Positions 39,426 to 52,629 of a DNA stretch of 64,000 nucleotides are shown here, piece by piece. This DNA is from Lama glama (lineage: Eukaryota). A program made the position numbers and the translations under genes. The DNA lies in contig CM052817.1 of the NCBI GenBank assembly GCA_028534125.1, positions 11,534,001 through 11,598,000 of the forward strand, in the 5' to 3' direction. Every line of letters begins with the position of its first letter. The stretch's first letter is position 1. The notes below the pieces were generated by a model. It was not told the origin of the DNA and ran no database searches. It saw nothing but the letters and a program-made list of their open reading frames with translations.

Positions 39426-39443
39426 CTTTCTTTTTAAAGAAGC
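39426..39443 (-). CDS. Candidate micro-exon B (GFFKKK; a 39-nt variant from 39464 gives EFCELSIGFFKKK)
   Basis: Consensus donor AAG|gtaagt; both the 18-nt and 39-nt versions keep phase 1; acceptors are weak. Confidence 0.3.
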
Positions 39444-41984
39444 CTATACTTAGTTCACAGAACTCTTACAATGCACCATCATTATAAAAAGAATTGAAAT
39501 TAAAAATGAGATAAAAATTACCCAGAGCTCCTTTCTCTGCCTCCAGGACTACAACTGGTAAAGACAAGGTCATGACAGAGAGATCCAACCAAAAGTGACA
39601 GAGGATTTTGGGAATTAAAGGCATAAGTCAAAGTGACGTTTGTTGAAGAAATTCGAGGCTCCATTACCGAGGAGTATACCTCTAGCGCCAGCCTGAGGTC
39701 TGGAGGGATGGAAATACAAGGAAGGACTCAGAATGAAAACTCTGGACCAGGTAAAGACTCAAAGGTTATGAATTTGAACTGCAATTGACTGAGGGGAAAG
39801 TTGGACGCTGTTTGTGTTTTACTCTAATGGTGGCAGGTGATCAAAACTTGGATCGGTCAGCCAAGTATTTCAAGAGGCCAGTGTCGGGGCAAATGTGTCC
39901 TCACAGAGTATGTGTTTTAGTCTTTCCATGTTTTCTTTTCATCTTTTATGTTAATCAGAATTAAGTTTCTCCATGAGGGATTGTTTTCAGTCTAGTTTCC
40001 TAGAATCCTAGCCTGAGAATACGGAGCCAAGGGCAGTATGTACAACAGCCCAGGGCTGAGGTTGGAATTGAGAGCCAAGCATGTAACTACTGAAGTGTTA
40101 ATTGAATAGGTCTGGGTAGAGAGATAATCATTTATGTCTTGGGAATCAGAGACTTCAGAAAGAGCAAGCAGGATGGAATAAAAGGCAGGAGGTGCCCTGA
40201 GGTGCTGGATGTAGCCACAGAGGCATTTCCTCATGTGCTTGTTACTGGTCTTTTAGAACTGGACAGGATGTGCTTATGGGCACTGAGACTAACTGGACCT
40301 TGAAGGATGGATAGCATCAGATGGAGTGATATAAGGGAGGGTATTTCAGTGGAACTGTACTCAAGAGGAGCCAAATGGGAGGAGTGGTTGAAGTATTTCA
40401 TGGATCTCTTGAACCCATTCCCCTTAGCTGTGTGACACCCACATTATTTCATTTAAGATTCACTTTTGGGGTACATCTGGGCCCTATCAGTTGAGCTTTT
40501 ACCTTAGCAAATACTGAGATGATAAAGCCAGCTATTGGTGATGCCATGAGTTTGTTGGGTAGCCATTCTTCTAAAGAGCCTCCTTTATACTCATAATATT
40601 ATCCTCTGATTGGTGGTGTGATAACAAAACAAAGTAGCCTTGGCCTGTCCTATCAAGACATTCAGACTGAAAAGATGAAGAGCTTTCCAGGAAGTTCACT
40701 GGAAGGCAAATTATCTTCAACATGAAAGGGGTAGTGGCGGTGGAAAACAATGCATCGACTGAGCAGACGCAAAAGACTGAAGAAGTGCGCAAGGGCCAGC
40801 AGTGAGAGGAGAAGGGCGAGGTGACCTTCTAAGAACTAGTCATCAGAGCAGGGAAGCCTGACTAATGCAATAAAGAGGCACAGAATAACCATAGCAGGAA
40901 TGTATGAGTGTGTCACAATCCACACAAGACTGAGGGGGAGGAGAACACAGGAGACAGGGAGCAGTCAGACACTGACAAGTCATTCTCAGAGGAAGTGCGT
41001 GGACCAGCTCTTGTTGAGAGGGGGAACTAGTGGGCAAAACTAAGGACATAAGTGGTTCCTATGTATATAATAAGTATTTTATCTTATTTGAGGTTAGCAA
41101 AATCATTTAGTATGTATAATGTGTTATTCTCTATCATGTTCCTTTTAAAACATTACTAGCTCCAGTAGAGAATACCGATAGGTTAGTGAAATAGTTTAAT
41201 TTGGGTGAATTTTACCAGCTACCTGTTCCCTGGATTAATGCCCAGACTGGACAGTTTCTACTGACTTGAATCTACCTGTATCTTTATTTTCCTGATAGGA
41301 ACAAAAGGGCTTTGGGTACTTACTTGTATATTTGAGATAAAGGATCTTTGATGAAACTGAGTTGTGTACAAGTGTAAACAAGCTGCTTACTCTCAAAAAA
41401 CACTTCACTTTCCAAGTGCAGAAAGGTGTAAATTTAATGACAAACCTCTACAAATAAATCACTCCATATACACTTGCTGATATATGAGTATACAGTGCTT
41501 TCAGAAACAAGTAGAAATGGACTTAAATCCTTATATGGACATGTAAATTCTTCACATTTGAAAAATATGACCAAGGACATTAAAATATTCATAGAGGCCC
41601 CTTTTCAAAAGAATTGACTGAAGATTTTTTCTGCCTGCAACAGATTGTACTTAATTGTCCTGAGGAGTACTAGAAAAATCTGTATTTTTGTCCCTCACAA
41701 CAGGTGTGAAGGCTGATGCTCTGCTGGAGGATAGCACACTTTTAAACCTGCTCTGAGTAAATCGTTGGTACATTATAAATTTCCCGGAAGCGCTCAGTTA
41801 TCAGATTTAAAAGAGCAGGCATGCATAGTCGTCAAGTAAATGGTTTATAACAAACATAGTTATAGTTATATATGGTGCTGTTTGAAAATGTAAAAAGCAT
41901 GGCATGGAAGCGTAAAAATGCATCCTTGAATAAGATGCCAAGGAGAGAAAACCTTGACATTACTGGCTTTAGTAAGTGCGTGCA

Positions 41985-42014
41985 TGTGTGTGTGTGTGTG
42001 TATGTGTGTGTGTG
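41985..42014. repeat. (TG)n microsatellite
   Basis: Directly visible. Confidence 0.9.
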
Positions 42015-42859
42015 TTTCCTCTTGCTATTTCTGAGTTTTCCTGGAAATCCATAGAATGTAATCCTTTGGTATTTTGCTAAGGCACATGTAGCGTGGAGCT
42101 TATTTTAGTCACAGAATTTATGTTAATGACTTTGTAAATTCTTTTCTTTCTGATTCTATAGAATCATTATAAATTGGAAGAGGATCAGTTGAAATTTTTC
42201 ACTAATAATTACTCCATTTTTATGGGAGAAATTATATGTTGTAATGACATTTTTAAATGCTTCTCATGGATGTTATTGTTCTGTCATATGAACAAAGGTA
42301 CTATTAGAAACATGTTTCCGTGTATATTAGGAATTCTGAGAAGGAACAGAACCTGATAACAATGAATTATTAGCACATATGTGTGGGCGGTCCAGGAGTG
42401 GTGATGAAGTTATGTGATTTGCTGTTTATAGCTATTCTCTGCTATTGCTTTTATGTTTAATTCCTAAAGAACAAAAATTATTTGGAGGAGCTAGGAAGGC
42501 CAAAACTGTAGCTCAATTTCAAAGAGCAAGGCAAGGATTGAGGGCAGTTGGCAGCCCAGAGAGTAAGACCAAGGAGGACAAGTTTTGGAGAAGGGGCAGA
42601 GGTTCACAGTAGCAAATGCAAACAATGTAAAAGAAGGAGGAAGATTGCAGGTTGGTTGTATTTCCTGGAATAAAAGTCCCTGGCTTTCTTAATAGGTGGT
42701 TGTCTAATCTCTTTTTTGAATACCACTTTTGAGATAGGACAGTCTATTTCGGAGTTGTTCTAATTTTCTAAAAGTTATGTATTGTATATTGAACACAAAT
42801 CTTCAGTTTCTTTTAATCCCTTGATATTAGATAATGTCCAGATACTTCACAATTCCTCC

Positions 42860-43440
42860 TTTTAATAAATATTAACTGAGGACCTGCTGTGTGTAGGCAC
42901 TGTTATTAGTGCTGGGTATACTTTGTTAACCAGACAAAGTCTGAGGACATGACACTTACATTTTAGTGAGGGCAGACAAAAATATGCAAGCAAATAGTGA
43001 ACACAAACCAAAAAATCAGAGTGACAACTAGTGTTTAGAGAATTAAATAGGGTGGTATCATATGGCGTGATTGGGAGGCCAAAGGAGACTTCTCTAACTA
43101 CGTAATTTGCAAACTATGCAGATTGGAGCATTTAACTCTAGGGCACAGTTAGGGAAAGAGAACAAGTTATGTACGTTATAAAAGGATCACTCTAGCTGCT
43201 GGGCGGAGAATGGATGATGAAGAAGCAAGAGTGGATGAGATGTGACACCAGGGAGCTATTGTGATAGTTCTGGTGGGAGTTTGGGTTGGGGTAATAGTGA
43301 TGGAGAGGGAGAGAAATGAACATACTGGGAGATATGTTTTGGAAGACTTGATGGATAGACTGGATGTTGAATATAAGGAAAGAGAGGAGTCAAAGACAAC
43401 ACAAAAATCTTTGGTTTGCACAGTGGATGGTGCTCCTGTT
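42860..43440 (-). mobile_element. L2 fragment
   Basis: aaatattaactgaggacctgctgtgtgtaggcactgttattagtgctggg...aaaggatcactctagctgct...gagtcaaagacaac. Confidence 0.8.
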
Positions 43441-43627
43441 CCTCAGAGGGGAACACACACATATTGTCATTTCTTTCTCGGTATTAAAATGTTATAAGTG
43501 ATATGGTTTACAAATGTATTTGACATATCAGATGAAGGATAATTAGAAAGGAAGATGTTTACCATTATAGAGTTTATTCTGTTCTTGCTAGAGTCCAAAT
43601 ACATATACCTGTCCTAAATTAACTAAC

Positions 43628-44241
43628 ATTTTATTTATTTATTTATAATTATTTATTTTTATTGAAGTACAGTCTGTTTACAATTATGTGCAAATTTCTA
43701 GTGTACAGCATAATGTTTCAGTCATCCATATACATACATATATTCCTTTTCATATAGTTTTTCATTACAGGTTACTACAAGATATTGAATATAGTTCCCT
43801 GTGCTATACAGTATGAACTTTTTGCTTCTCTATTATATATATAGTAGTTAGTATCTGCAAATCTCAAACTCCCAATTTATCCCTTCCCACCCTCTTTCTC
43901 TCCAGGTAACCATGAGTTTGTTTTCTATGTCTGTGAGTCTGTTCCTGTTTTGCAAATAAGTTCATTTGTATCTTCTTTTTAGATTCCAGATATAAATGAA
44001 ATTATATGGTATTATCTCTTTCTCTTTCCGGCTTACTTCACTTAGAATGACGATCTGCAGTTCCATCCATGTTGCCACAAATTCATTTTTATGGCTGAGT
44101 AGTATTCCATTGTATAAATATATCACAACTTCTTTATCCAGTCATCTGTCAGTGGGCATTTAGGTTGCTTGCATGTCTTGGCTATTGTATATAATGCTGC
44201 TATGAATATTGGGGTGCATGTGCCTATTGGGGTGCATGTGT
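43628..44241 (-). mobile_element. 5'-truncated young L1 3' end (same family as 625-1234)
   Basis: (TTTA)n tail, attgaagtacagtc...gtgtacagcataatg...atggctgagtagtattccattg; small tandem duplication tattggggtgcatgtg at the truncation point. Confidence 0.9.
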
Positions 44242-44484
44242 CTTAAACTCATTTTAGAAGGTAAAATAGCTGCTAAAGACAAGATGTTTATAGAATGCAT
44301 TAGTTATCTTCTTCATACATTGAGATCTCTTAGGCAGTATTTAACAAAGAAAAAAATTATACCTTTTGAAAGTTACAGTGTGAAAAATTAGGAAAAAATA
44401 AGTGGCAAAAGAAAAATATCTTGGGAAAATATTTAAATAGGTAAAACTGACAAAGGGTTAATATCTTTAACTTTTAAGGATTCT

Positions 44485-44830
44485 CGCAAACGAATTGGAA
44501 ACACCTGGTGTGTCCCCACCGGCGCATGCGCGCGCACGGCACCCTGGGAAGGCGCCCTCAGGGCAGCCATTTGCCTTCCGAGGAGGCTTTCTGGAGCGAG
44601 CGTGCGAAGAGGTTGGTGGCGGTGTGGCCGGTGTTTTCTTTGGCAGGTGGCAGGGCTGGTGGAGCAGCCGCCAGAGGAAAGCACCGTGGTTCGGTCTCAA
44701 AACTGTTGGGTGAGTTAATGGGCCGGACGGAAACCGTGCCCTGGACGAGCAGCGCAGCAACGTGCGGTTGGGCCCGGACAGAGTTTGTAAATATTATCTG
44801 TGTGGTTTTTGTCCCGCGGAGCTGTTCTTT
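44485..44830 (+). promoter_or_regulatory. Small CpG-rich island / candidate promoter and first exon
   Basis: Only CpG-dense stretch in the window; NRF1 palindrome GCGCATGCGC (44522-44531); MYB-type sites AAACTGTTG (~44700) and GCGGTTGG (44764-44771); donor TGG|gtgagt after 44709. Confidence 0.6.
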
Positions 44831-44984
44831 CAAAACAAATGAACGAGCAGAACAAACCCTGACAAGCACCCCATTGGGAAAATGAGCACAGTACGTGGAA
44901 AGGCAGTTCACGAAAGAAAAGGTGAAGAGCATGAGAGAAAGCTCAGCCACACTAATAATCAGGTCATCTAGGATTTAAAATGTT

Positions 44985-45230
44985 AATGAGAAAATACGGT
45001 AGATATGAGCATAAACTCTGGAACTAGAATTCCTGCGTTTGAAGACCAATGCCTACAGCTTACTAACTGGATAACTTTGGGTGAGTAACTTAACCTATCT
45101 TTGCTTGAGTTTCCCCACCTGTAAAATGGGGTCATAGTAGTATCTATCTCAAGGTGGTTTTGCATATTAAGTGGGTGTTTAGAACAGTTCCTAAGATGTA
45201 ATAATTACTTTATGAGTTTTAGAAATTATT
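44985..45230 (+). mobile_element. MIR SINE
   Basis: tgggtgagtaacttaacctatctttgcttgagtttccccacctgtaaaatgggg. Confidence 0.8.
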
Positions 45231-45569
45231 CTTATTAGTCTAATCACTGTTAAATGTTTATAAGATGGCAATACTTAATATTGGCTAGGTGGGGGAAATG
45301 GGTGTTTTCCTACACTGTAGATGAGACTGTAGGTTGATCCATTATTTTTGGGGAGAGGTTTTACAGTATGTCTCAAAAGTCTTAAATGAAATCTTTAATA
45401 AAATTCTACTTTTGGGAACTGAGCCAAAGATCTATATAATTATTTGTTCATACTTATAATGGTAAAAAATTATAAACAACTTTACTTCCAGGTAAAGAGG
45501 TGATTTGAATATATACATTTAATTTCATGCACTCTCTCAATTTCATTAAAACTACAATAAAAAGATTGT

Positions 45570-48500
45570 TTTTTATTTAAGTAAAATTCACATATACAGA
45601 AATATACAAATATTAAAGTGTTATAATTGGATGAGTTTTGAAAAATATATGTATCTGTGCTACCAAGCTCCCAATCAGAAACATTTCTTTTCCCCTAGAA
45701 AGTTCCTTCATGCCCCATTCCAGTCAATTCTCACCTCCAAAGGCTATACTTCTCAGATTTCTTTCACCATAAATTAGTTCTGCTTGTTGTTGGACTTAAT
45801 ATAAATGGAATCATGCAGTATGGATTCTTTTGTGTCTGGCTTCTTTCATTCAATGTGGTTCTGAAAATCCATTCATGTTGTTATACTAACATTTACTCCT
45901 CTTTATTCCTGTGTCCTCTATTTCTTTGTTGCTGAGTTGTGTTGCATTTTTTGAACATAATAGAATTTATTTATTTTTCCTATTGATGATATTTTTGTTG
46001 TTTTGACAATTCATTATCATGAATAAAGTTGCGAACACTTGTGCAAGACTTTTTGTGATCATATGTTTTCATCTTTCTTGAGTAAATTCTTAGGGGTCAA
46101 ATTGCTGGGTCATAGGATAAGGGTATGTTTAATATTATAGTGAGCTTCTAGACAGTTTTATAAAGTGATTGTACCATTTTATACCTTCACCAGTATGTAT
46201 ATTGTTTAATGCACATTGCTCCATTTCTTTGCTAACATTTGATGTTGTCAGATTTTTAAATTTTCAGCTGTTCCATTAGGCGTGAAGTACTGTATAATTG
46301 TAGTTGTATTTTGCTTTTCTTTACTGACTAATGATGTGGAGCATCTTTTCTTGTGCTAATTGGCCACTCACACATCTTCAGTGAAGTATCTATTTAGGAC
46401 TTTTGCCGAAGGTTGTAAAGATATTCCCCTAACTTTTTTTTTCTGGTAAGCCTTATTATTTTAGTAAACAGACATACTTCATTTTATTGCATTTCAATTT
46501 ATTGCACTTTTCAGATTTTGTGTTTTTGACAAATTGAAGGCTTGTGGCAACACTGAGTTGAGGAAGTCTAACAGTATTTTTTTTCCCAACAGCATGTGCT
46601 CACTTCTTGTCTCTGTCACATTTTGGTAATTCTCATAATATTTCAAGCTTTTTCATTATTGTTATATTTGTTATGGTGATAATCTTCGATTGTAATTGTT
46701 TTGGGGCATCAGGAATTGCACCCATATAAGATGGCAGCTTAATCAATAAATGTAGCATGTGTTCTGACACCTCCACTGACTGGCCGTTCCCCTGTCTCTC
46801 CTTTCTCCTTGGGGCTCCCTATTTCTTGAGACACAATAATATTGAAGTTAGACCAACTGAAAACCCTGCAATGGCCTCTTAAGTATACAAGTGGAAGGAA
46901 GAGTTGAATATCCCTACCTTTAAATCAAAAGCTAGAAATGATTAAGTTTAGTGAGAAAGCATGACAAAAGCTGAGACAGGCCAAAAGCTAGGCCTCTTGC
47001 ATCTAATCGGTAGCCAGGTTGTGAATGCAAAGGAAAAGTTCTTGAAGGAAATTAAAAGTGCTACACCAGTGAGCACATGAATAAGAAAGGACAACGGCCT
47101 TATTGCTGACATGGAGAAAGTTGTAGTGGTCTGGATAGAAGATGAAACTACCATAGGACTCCCTTAAACCAAAGCCTAATCCAGAGCGTGGCCCTAACTC
47201 TTTAATTCTGTGAAGGCTGAGAGAGGTGAGGAAGCTGCAGAAGAAGAATTTGAAGCTAGAAGAGGTTGGTTCATGATGGATAAGGAAAGAAACCATCTCC
47301 ATAGCATAAAGGTGCTAATGGAGAAGCTGCAGTAAGTTATTCAGGATTTCAATGTAGATAAACAGCCTCATATTGGAAGAAGATGCCATGTAGGACTCTC
47401 ATAGCTAGAGAGAAGTTAATGCCTGGCTTCAAACCTGCAAAGGACAAGCTAACTCCCTTGATAGGGGTTAATGTAGCTGGTAACTTGAAGTTGAGGCCAA
47501 TGCTCATTTACCATTATGAAAATCCTAGGGCCCTTAAGAATTATGCTAAATCCACACTGACTATGCTCTCTATATAGAACAACAAAGCCTGGATGACAGC
47601 ATGTCTCTTTACAGCATGGTTTACTGAATATTTTAAGCCAACAGTTGAGACCCTGTGCTCAGAAACAAAAGATTCCTTTGAAAATATTACTACTCATTGA
47701 CAATATGCCTGCTTACCCAGGAGCTCTGATGGAGATACATCACAAGATTCATGTTGTTTTCATGTCTTCTCACACAACATCCATTCTACAGCCCATGGAC
47801 CATGGAGTCATTTTGACTTCCAAGTCTTATTATCTTGGAGATAAATTTTGTAAGGCTAAAGCTGCCATAGACTGATTCCTCTGATGGATCTGGGCAAAGT
47901 AAGTTGGAAACCTTTTGGAAAGAATTCACCATTCTAGATTCTATGAAGAACATGTGGGATTCATAGGGAAAAGAGAAAATACCAACATTAACAGGAGTTT
48001 GGAGGAAGTTGATTTCCAACCCTCATGGATGACTTTGAGGGGTTCAAGACTTCATTGGAGGAAGTAACTGCAGATGTGATGAATGTAGCAAGAGAACTAG
48101 AATTGGAAGTGGAGCCTGAGATGTGACTGAATTACTACAATCTCAAGATAAAACTTTAACAGATGAGGAATTGCTTCTTATGGATGAGCAAAGAAAGATG
48201 CTTTGAGATGGAATCTACTCCTGGTGAAGATGCTGCAAGAACTGTTGCAAGACAACAAAGGATTAAGAATATCATATGAATTTGGTTGGTAAAACAATGG
48301 CAGGATGTGAGAGGACTGACTCCAATTTTTAAAGAAGTTCTACTGTGAGTAAAATGCTGTCAAACAGCATTGCATGCTGGAAGAGTCAATAGATGTGGCA
48401 AACTTCATTATTGTCTTATTTTGAGAAATTGCCACAGCCACCCCAGCCTTCAGCAGCCACTACCCTGATCAGTCAGTAGCCATCAACATTGAGGCAAGAT

Positions 48501-49140
48501 CCTCCACCAGCAGAAAGATTATGACTTGTTGAAGGCTCAGATGATGGTTAACATTTTTTAGGAAAAAAGTATTTTTAAATTAAAGTATATACATTAGTTT
48601 TTTAGACATAACACTATTGTACATTTAATGGACAATATAGTGTAAACATAACTTTTACATGTACTTGGAAACAAAAAATGTTCTGTGACTCACTTTATTG
48701 CAATATTCACTTTTTTGTGGTGGTCTGTAACCAAACCTCTAATATCTCTGAGGTGTGCCTGTATACATTTAGGTTTATGATCTCTTTCAAATCAATTTTT
48801 GTGTATGATGTGAAGTAGAGGTTGAGGTTTGTTTTTTCTAGTTGTTCCAACTCAATTTATTAAAAAGACTTTTTGTTCCCCATTGTTATGTTGGTATCTT
48901 TGTTGAAAGTCAAATGTACATGTACATTTTTTTCTAAATTCTACATTTTGTTAAATTGGTTTCTTTACTCATTCTTTACTCATTCTTATTCTAAAGTTAT
49001 AGTCTTGATTACCATAACTTTACAAAAAGTCTTCAAACAGGTTTGTGAATGGTCCACAGTTTCTTCTTTAAACTTGTGTTGACTATTCTAGATCCTTTGA
49101 ATTTTCATGTAAATTTTAGAATCAACTTGTCAGTTGCTCC
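45570..49140 (-). mobile_element. L1M (MB/MC-type) 3' region, split by Tigger1
   Basis: taaatggaatcatgcagtat...ttttgtgtctggcttctttcattcaa...attgctgggtcatagg; ORF2 remnant resumes after 48763. Confidence 0.8.
46469..48761 (+). mobile_element. Near-full-length Tigger1 DNA transposon with decayed transposase
   Basis: TIRs cagacatacttc ... gaggtgtgcctg followed by TA; ORF pieces [12 protein letters not shown]...[28 protein letters not shown] and [22 protein letters not shown] are pogo/Tigger DDE motifs. Confidence 0.95.
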
Positions 49141-51412
49141 CTAGAAGTCTAGAGATATACACAGCACAAAGACACTTACACACAAGTATACAGATATTTG
49201 TTTTTGTTTAGTTTGATTTAGCAACTAATTGTAAGCATTCTCCATGTTGACTAATGAAGAACTAGCACAATATACCATGTCACATTCACACAGTGGCATT
49301 TTATGCAGCTATTAAAGGATAAAAAAGTAGATGTGTAAGTGCTGATATGGACATTCTTCAAGAAGTATTGTTAAGTGAAAAACATCAATATGTGGAGCAG
49401 TGTATAGAGTATGTTCCCATTTGTTTTAAAAGTAAGGGTATAAATACACTATATACTTTCTATCTGTGTGTCAAATTAATTGGTTCATTTAACTTAAGAG
49501 TTTAGAGTGAAGTTGTCCTCAAATAAGACTGGACCCAGGAGCTCATAGGATGTACTAGATGCTACCTCTTGCTCTGTAGCTGGACTCCACTTTTTTCTTT
49601 TTGGTTCGTTGTCAGGCACCTTCTATGCCATTGGCAGTTCCACGCTTCCATGGTCCTCACAGTGTGTAGGAGACATTATCCATCTCACAGTTCCTTCATC
49701 AAATCTAAGATTTGGTCTGGTTTGAGTTAAATGCCCATCCTGTGGGCATGGAGGGGTATGAATGGAGCCTTGACTGGCCAAGTGGATCCATATGCTCATA
49801 CCTGTAACTACAGGAGAAGTCACCATGGGGAAGGAGCAGTTCAATGGAAGGGATGATGGGTAAATTAAACTACATATGCCCATATAGTGACCTTAATAAC
49901 ACCTTACTGTTCATGAACAGTATGATGATTTTTCTCCAAAAAGTAGCTAAAATTGTGCTCCTGCGTCTCAAGAAATTCTTCCATGCTCTGCCTCTCACTC
50001 TCTAGCTTGGACACACACACTCATTCTTTTCTGCTTTTCTTGGTTTCCAGCTTGTGAACTTTTTTCTGTTTCTCTCATTTAACCTAATCCATTTGGAGTC
50101 AGTACCTACTTGTCATAACTGCTAAGGATTGCTTTTGGTGTCCATCTTTGACCTTGACCCACAGATCATACAGTTTGGTTTAATGTACTACACCCTCTGG
50201 GAAAATCTGCTTTACTCCCTGTGATTAGTCTTAGTTCAATCTCTGGGCTCACCAGAGATCAGACAAAATTATCTGAACTGTTGTTCTGGTTGTTTTTATT
50301 AGTCCTTTATGGATCTCCCTCCCTCCCTCCCTTCCTACTGTCTGTCTGTCTGTCTATGTATCTGTCTATCTAATTTGTCAAAAGGACTTCTTTCATGCCT
50401 TTATTTCCCTGCTAGGTATTCCTGACTCTCATAAAGTTACTTGAGTGGACACTAAACTGAATACAGTACCTGATCTCCTCCTTGTTTCTAATTAAGAATC
50501 AGGTAATATTGTTGTGTGGCCATAGATTATAAAGATTAAATTATTCTATAAGCTTTTACTATTTTATATTCAAAATAAATCTGGCTGTTAGTGTTTTGTT
50601 AATGAATTAGTTTTTCTGTTGTAGAACAGTTTATTAATCTGGAATTGGTTTGGATTAAAACTGTCCTGCTGTGATTATCACTAACTGTTTACGGAGGAGG
50701 GCAAGATTATGAGATAAGGATGTGTTGAGATAAAAATAAGCTGAGGGGTGATATAATAATAGTGAAATGAAAGGATGAAATTGGGTATTTGGGTGAGTTT
50801 TAAAACCATGTTAAATGAATTAAGCCATTGTCCAGATTAAGAAAGCCAGGTAGGCATAAGAAGTTCAGAGAACAAAAGCTTTTTATTACAGTTGTGTATC
50901 TACTCAGATAATGACTTGCTAATTTTGAGGGTATGGGGAAAGGGACTGCTTTTGTTTTAGCTTCACAGTTAAACTAGTAGATATAGTATTTGACTAGTTT
51001 GATACTGAGTCATTCACTCATGCTTAACCAGTGAGGGTGACATATTCTTTAGTTGTATTTATGTTTAGTTTTTAAATGGAACAATCTCTTCATCATACAA
51101 CTAGGACCACGTAAAAGCCCAGTCCCTGCAAGTATCCCCCACTCATTTTTTGGGCTCATGCATGCCACTCTTGCTTTGCCTGGTCTTTAACATTTGGGTT
51201 AATGTGCTCAGGCCACATCCTGTTTTGATATTTTGTTTAGACTTCCTAGCATGCTGGACTATGGCGCTGGACCATTTAAAATGTATATTATTCAACTAAT
51301 TTTGCTTATTGCAAACAAAATGAGAAAAACAAGTAGAATTGTAAAGAATGATTTAAAGACCAGTCGTAATACCAGCTAAAACAATTACCAGTGTCAAATA
51401 CTGACCTTTTAT

Positions 51413-51820
51413 TGTATTTCATCAAATCTAAGACACCGTTGACTAGAACTTCCACTGTTTTACCCCTAGGAAAGGAGACGCGCTGTCAAACTATGACATA
51501 CAGCTTTCTTTCCTATGGAAAAGTTAATACTCATTGGAAGAGTTCTTTTAGACTTGTTTAGATATAGACTTCCATAATGGATGACTTTAGGACATGTCTA
51601 AGATGGAAAATAGAAGAAAAATGTATTAGTTAAAATAGTTCTAAAACTCTTCATATTCAGGGTCTATCAGTTCCATGTCACTTTTTGATTCAGAGTTGTC
51701 AATATCTGTGTTTTTACTAATGGTTTCATCCTCAATGCTATCAAAAACATTGATGATGCAGTATTGCTTAAAAGTGAGTTCCACTATTATATGCAAGATT
51801 TTTATCCAAGATCATCAATT
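51413..51820 (-). mobile_element. Tc2/pogo (Kanga-like) DNA transposon remnant
   Basis: Terminus tgtatttcatcaaatctaagacacc; minus strand reads FKQYCIINVFDSIEDE, resembling the pogo-family FKKCCISNALDGTEDD motif. Confidence 0.55.
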
Positions 51821-51921
51821 TTCCCTTTTTTCCTTGTAGCATTGGTACTCACCTCTCACCAGTTTTGGGTGGGCACGTGGTGGTCCAGTTATAGACATTT
51901 CTGAGCTTCCTTGGTAGTTTG

Positions 51922-52268
51922 GTGCTTTGGTCTGAATGCTTGTGTCCCTCCACAGTTCACAATGAAATCCTAACCCCCAAAGATGATGGTATTAGTAGGT
52001 GAGACATTTAGTAGGTGATTAGGTCATGAGGGTAGAACCTATCTCATGAATGGGATTAGTACCCTTATAAAAGAGATCCCACAGAGCTTCCTAACCCTTC
52101 TGCTATGTGAATACAAGAATTCTGCAACCAGAAGAGGGGCCTCACTCAACCATGCTGGTGCCACAGTCTTGGACTTCCAGCTTCCAGAACTGTGAGAAAT
52201 AAATTTCGGCTGTTTATATGCCATGCAGTCTGTGGTGTTTTATTATAGCAGCCTGAACTGACTAAGAA
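51922..52268 (+). mobile_element. MLT1A-like MaLR solo LTR
   Basis: tgctttggtctgaatgcttgtgtcc...ttggacttccagcttccagaactgtgagaaataaattt...tatagcagcctgaactgactaaga. Confidence 0.9.
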
Positions 52269-52629
52269 ACTTGTTATGACCATGTTTTGACTGATGCGAT
52301 AGGAGAAGTGGTGCGTGCAACTTGCAGTTTGCTTACCTTCCACTTTCTCTGTCACCTTTTCCTGGGGATAAGAAGCAGACATGGTGATAGTGAGCCCGCT
52401 TAAATCATGTAGAAGGAGATACCCTGGGGATGGTGGAACAACTCGATGGAAAGAGCTGGCTCTTTGGATTACTGTGTAAAGCAGAGATGCCTACCTGCCA
52501 AGAGTGAACAGCAGCTCTCATGGAAGGGAAAAGTAAACCTTTCATCTTTTTAAAACCGATGGTATTGTCAAAGCAGCCAAATTAATATTCATATTATATA
52601 TTCTGTTTTTAAAATTCCTTTTTTATTTA

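Noticed and set aside
40503..41356. Additional minus-strand micro-exon candidates (11 nt at about 40503-40513; 33 nt at about 41324-41356)
   Set aside because: Splice sites are plausible but there is no independent support; adding them would be over-fitting
44433..44950. Five overlapping ORFs of 72-130 aa
   Set aside because: Expected from stop-poor GC-rich sequence; no recognisable domain
47383..47875. Transposase-like ORFs as a domesticated TIGD-type gene
   Set aside because: Broken by stops and frameshifts inside a TIR-bounded Tigger1 fossil
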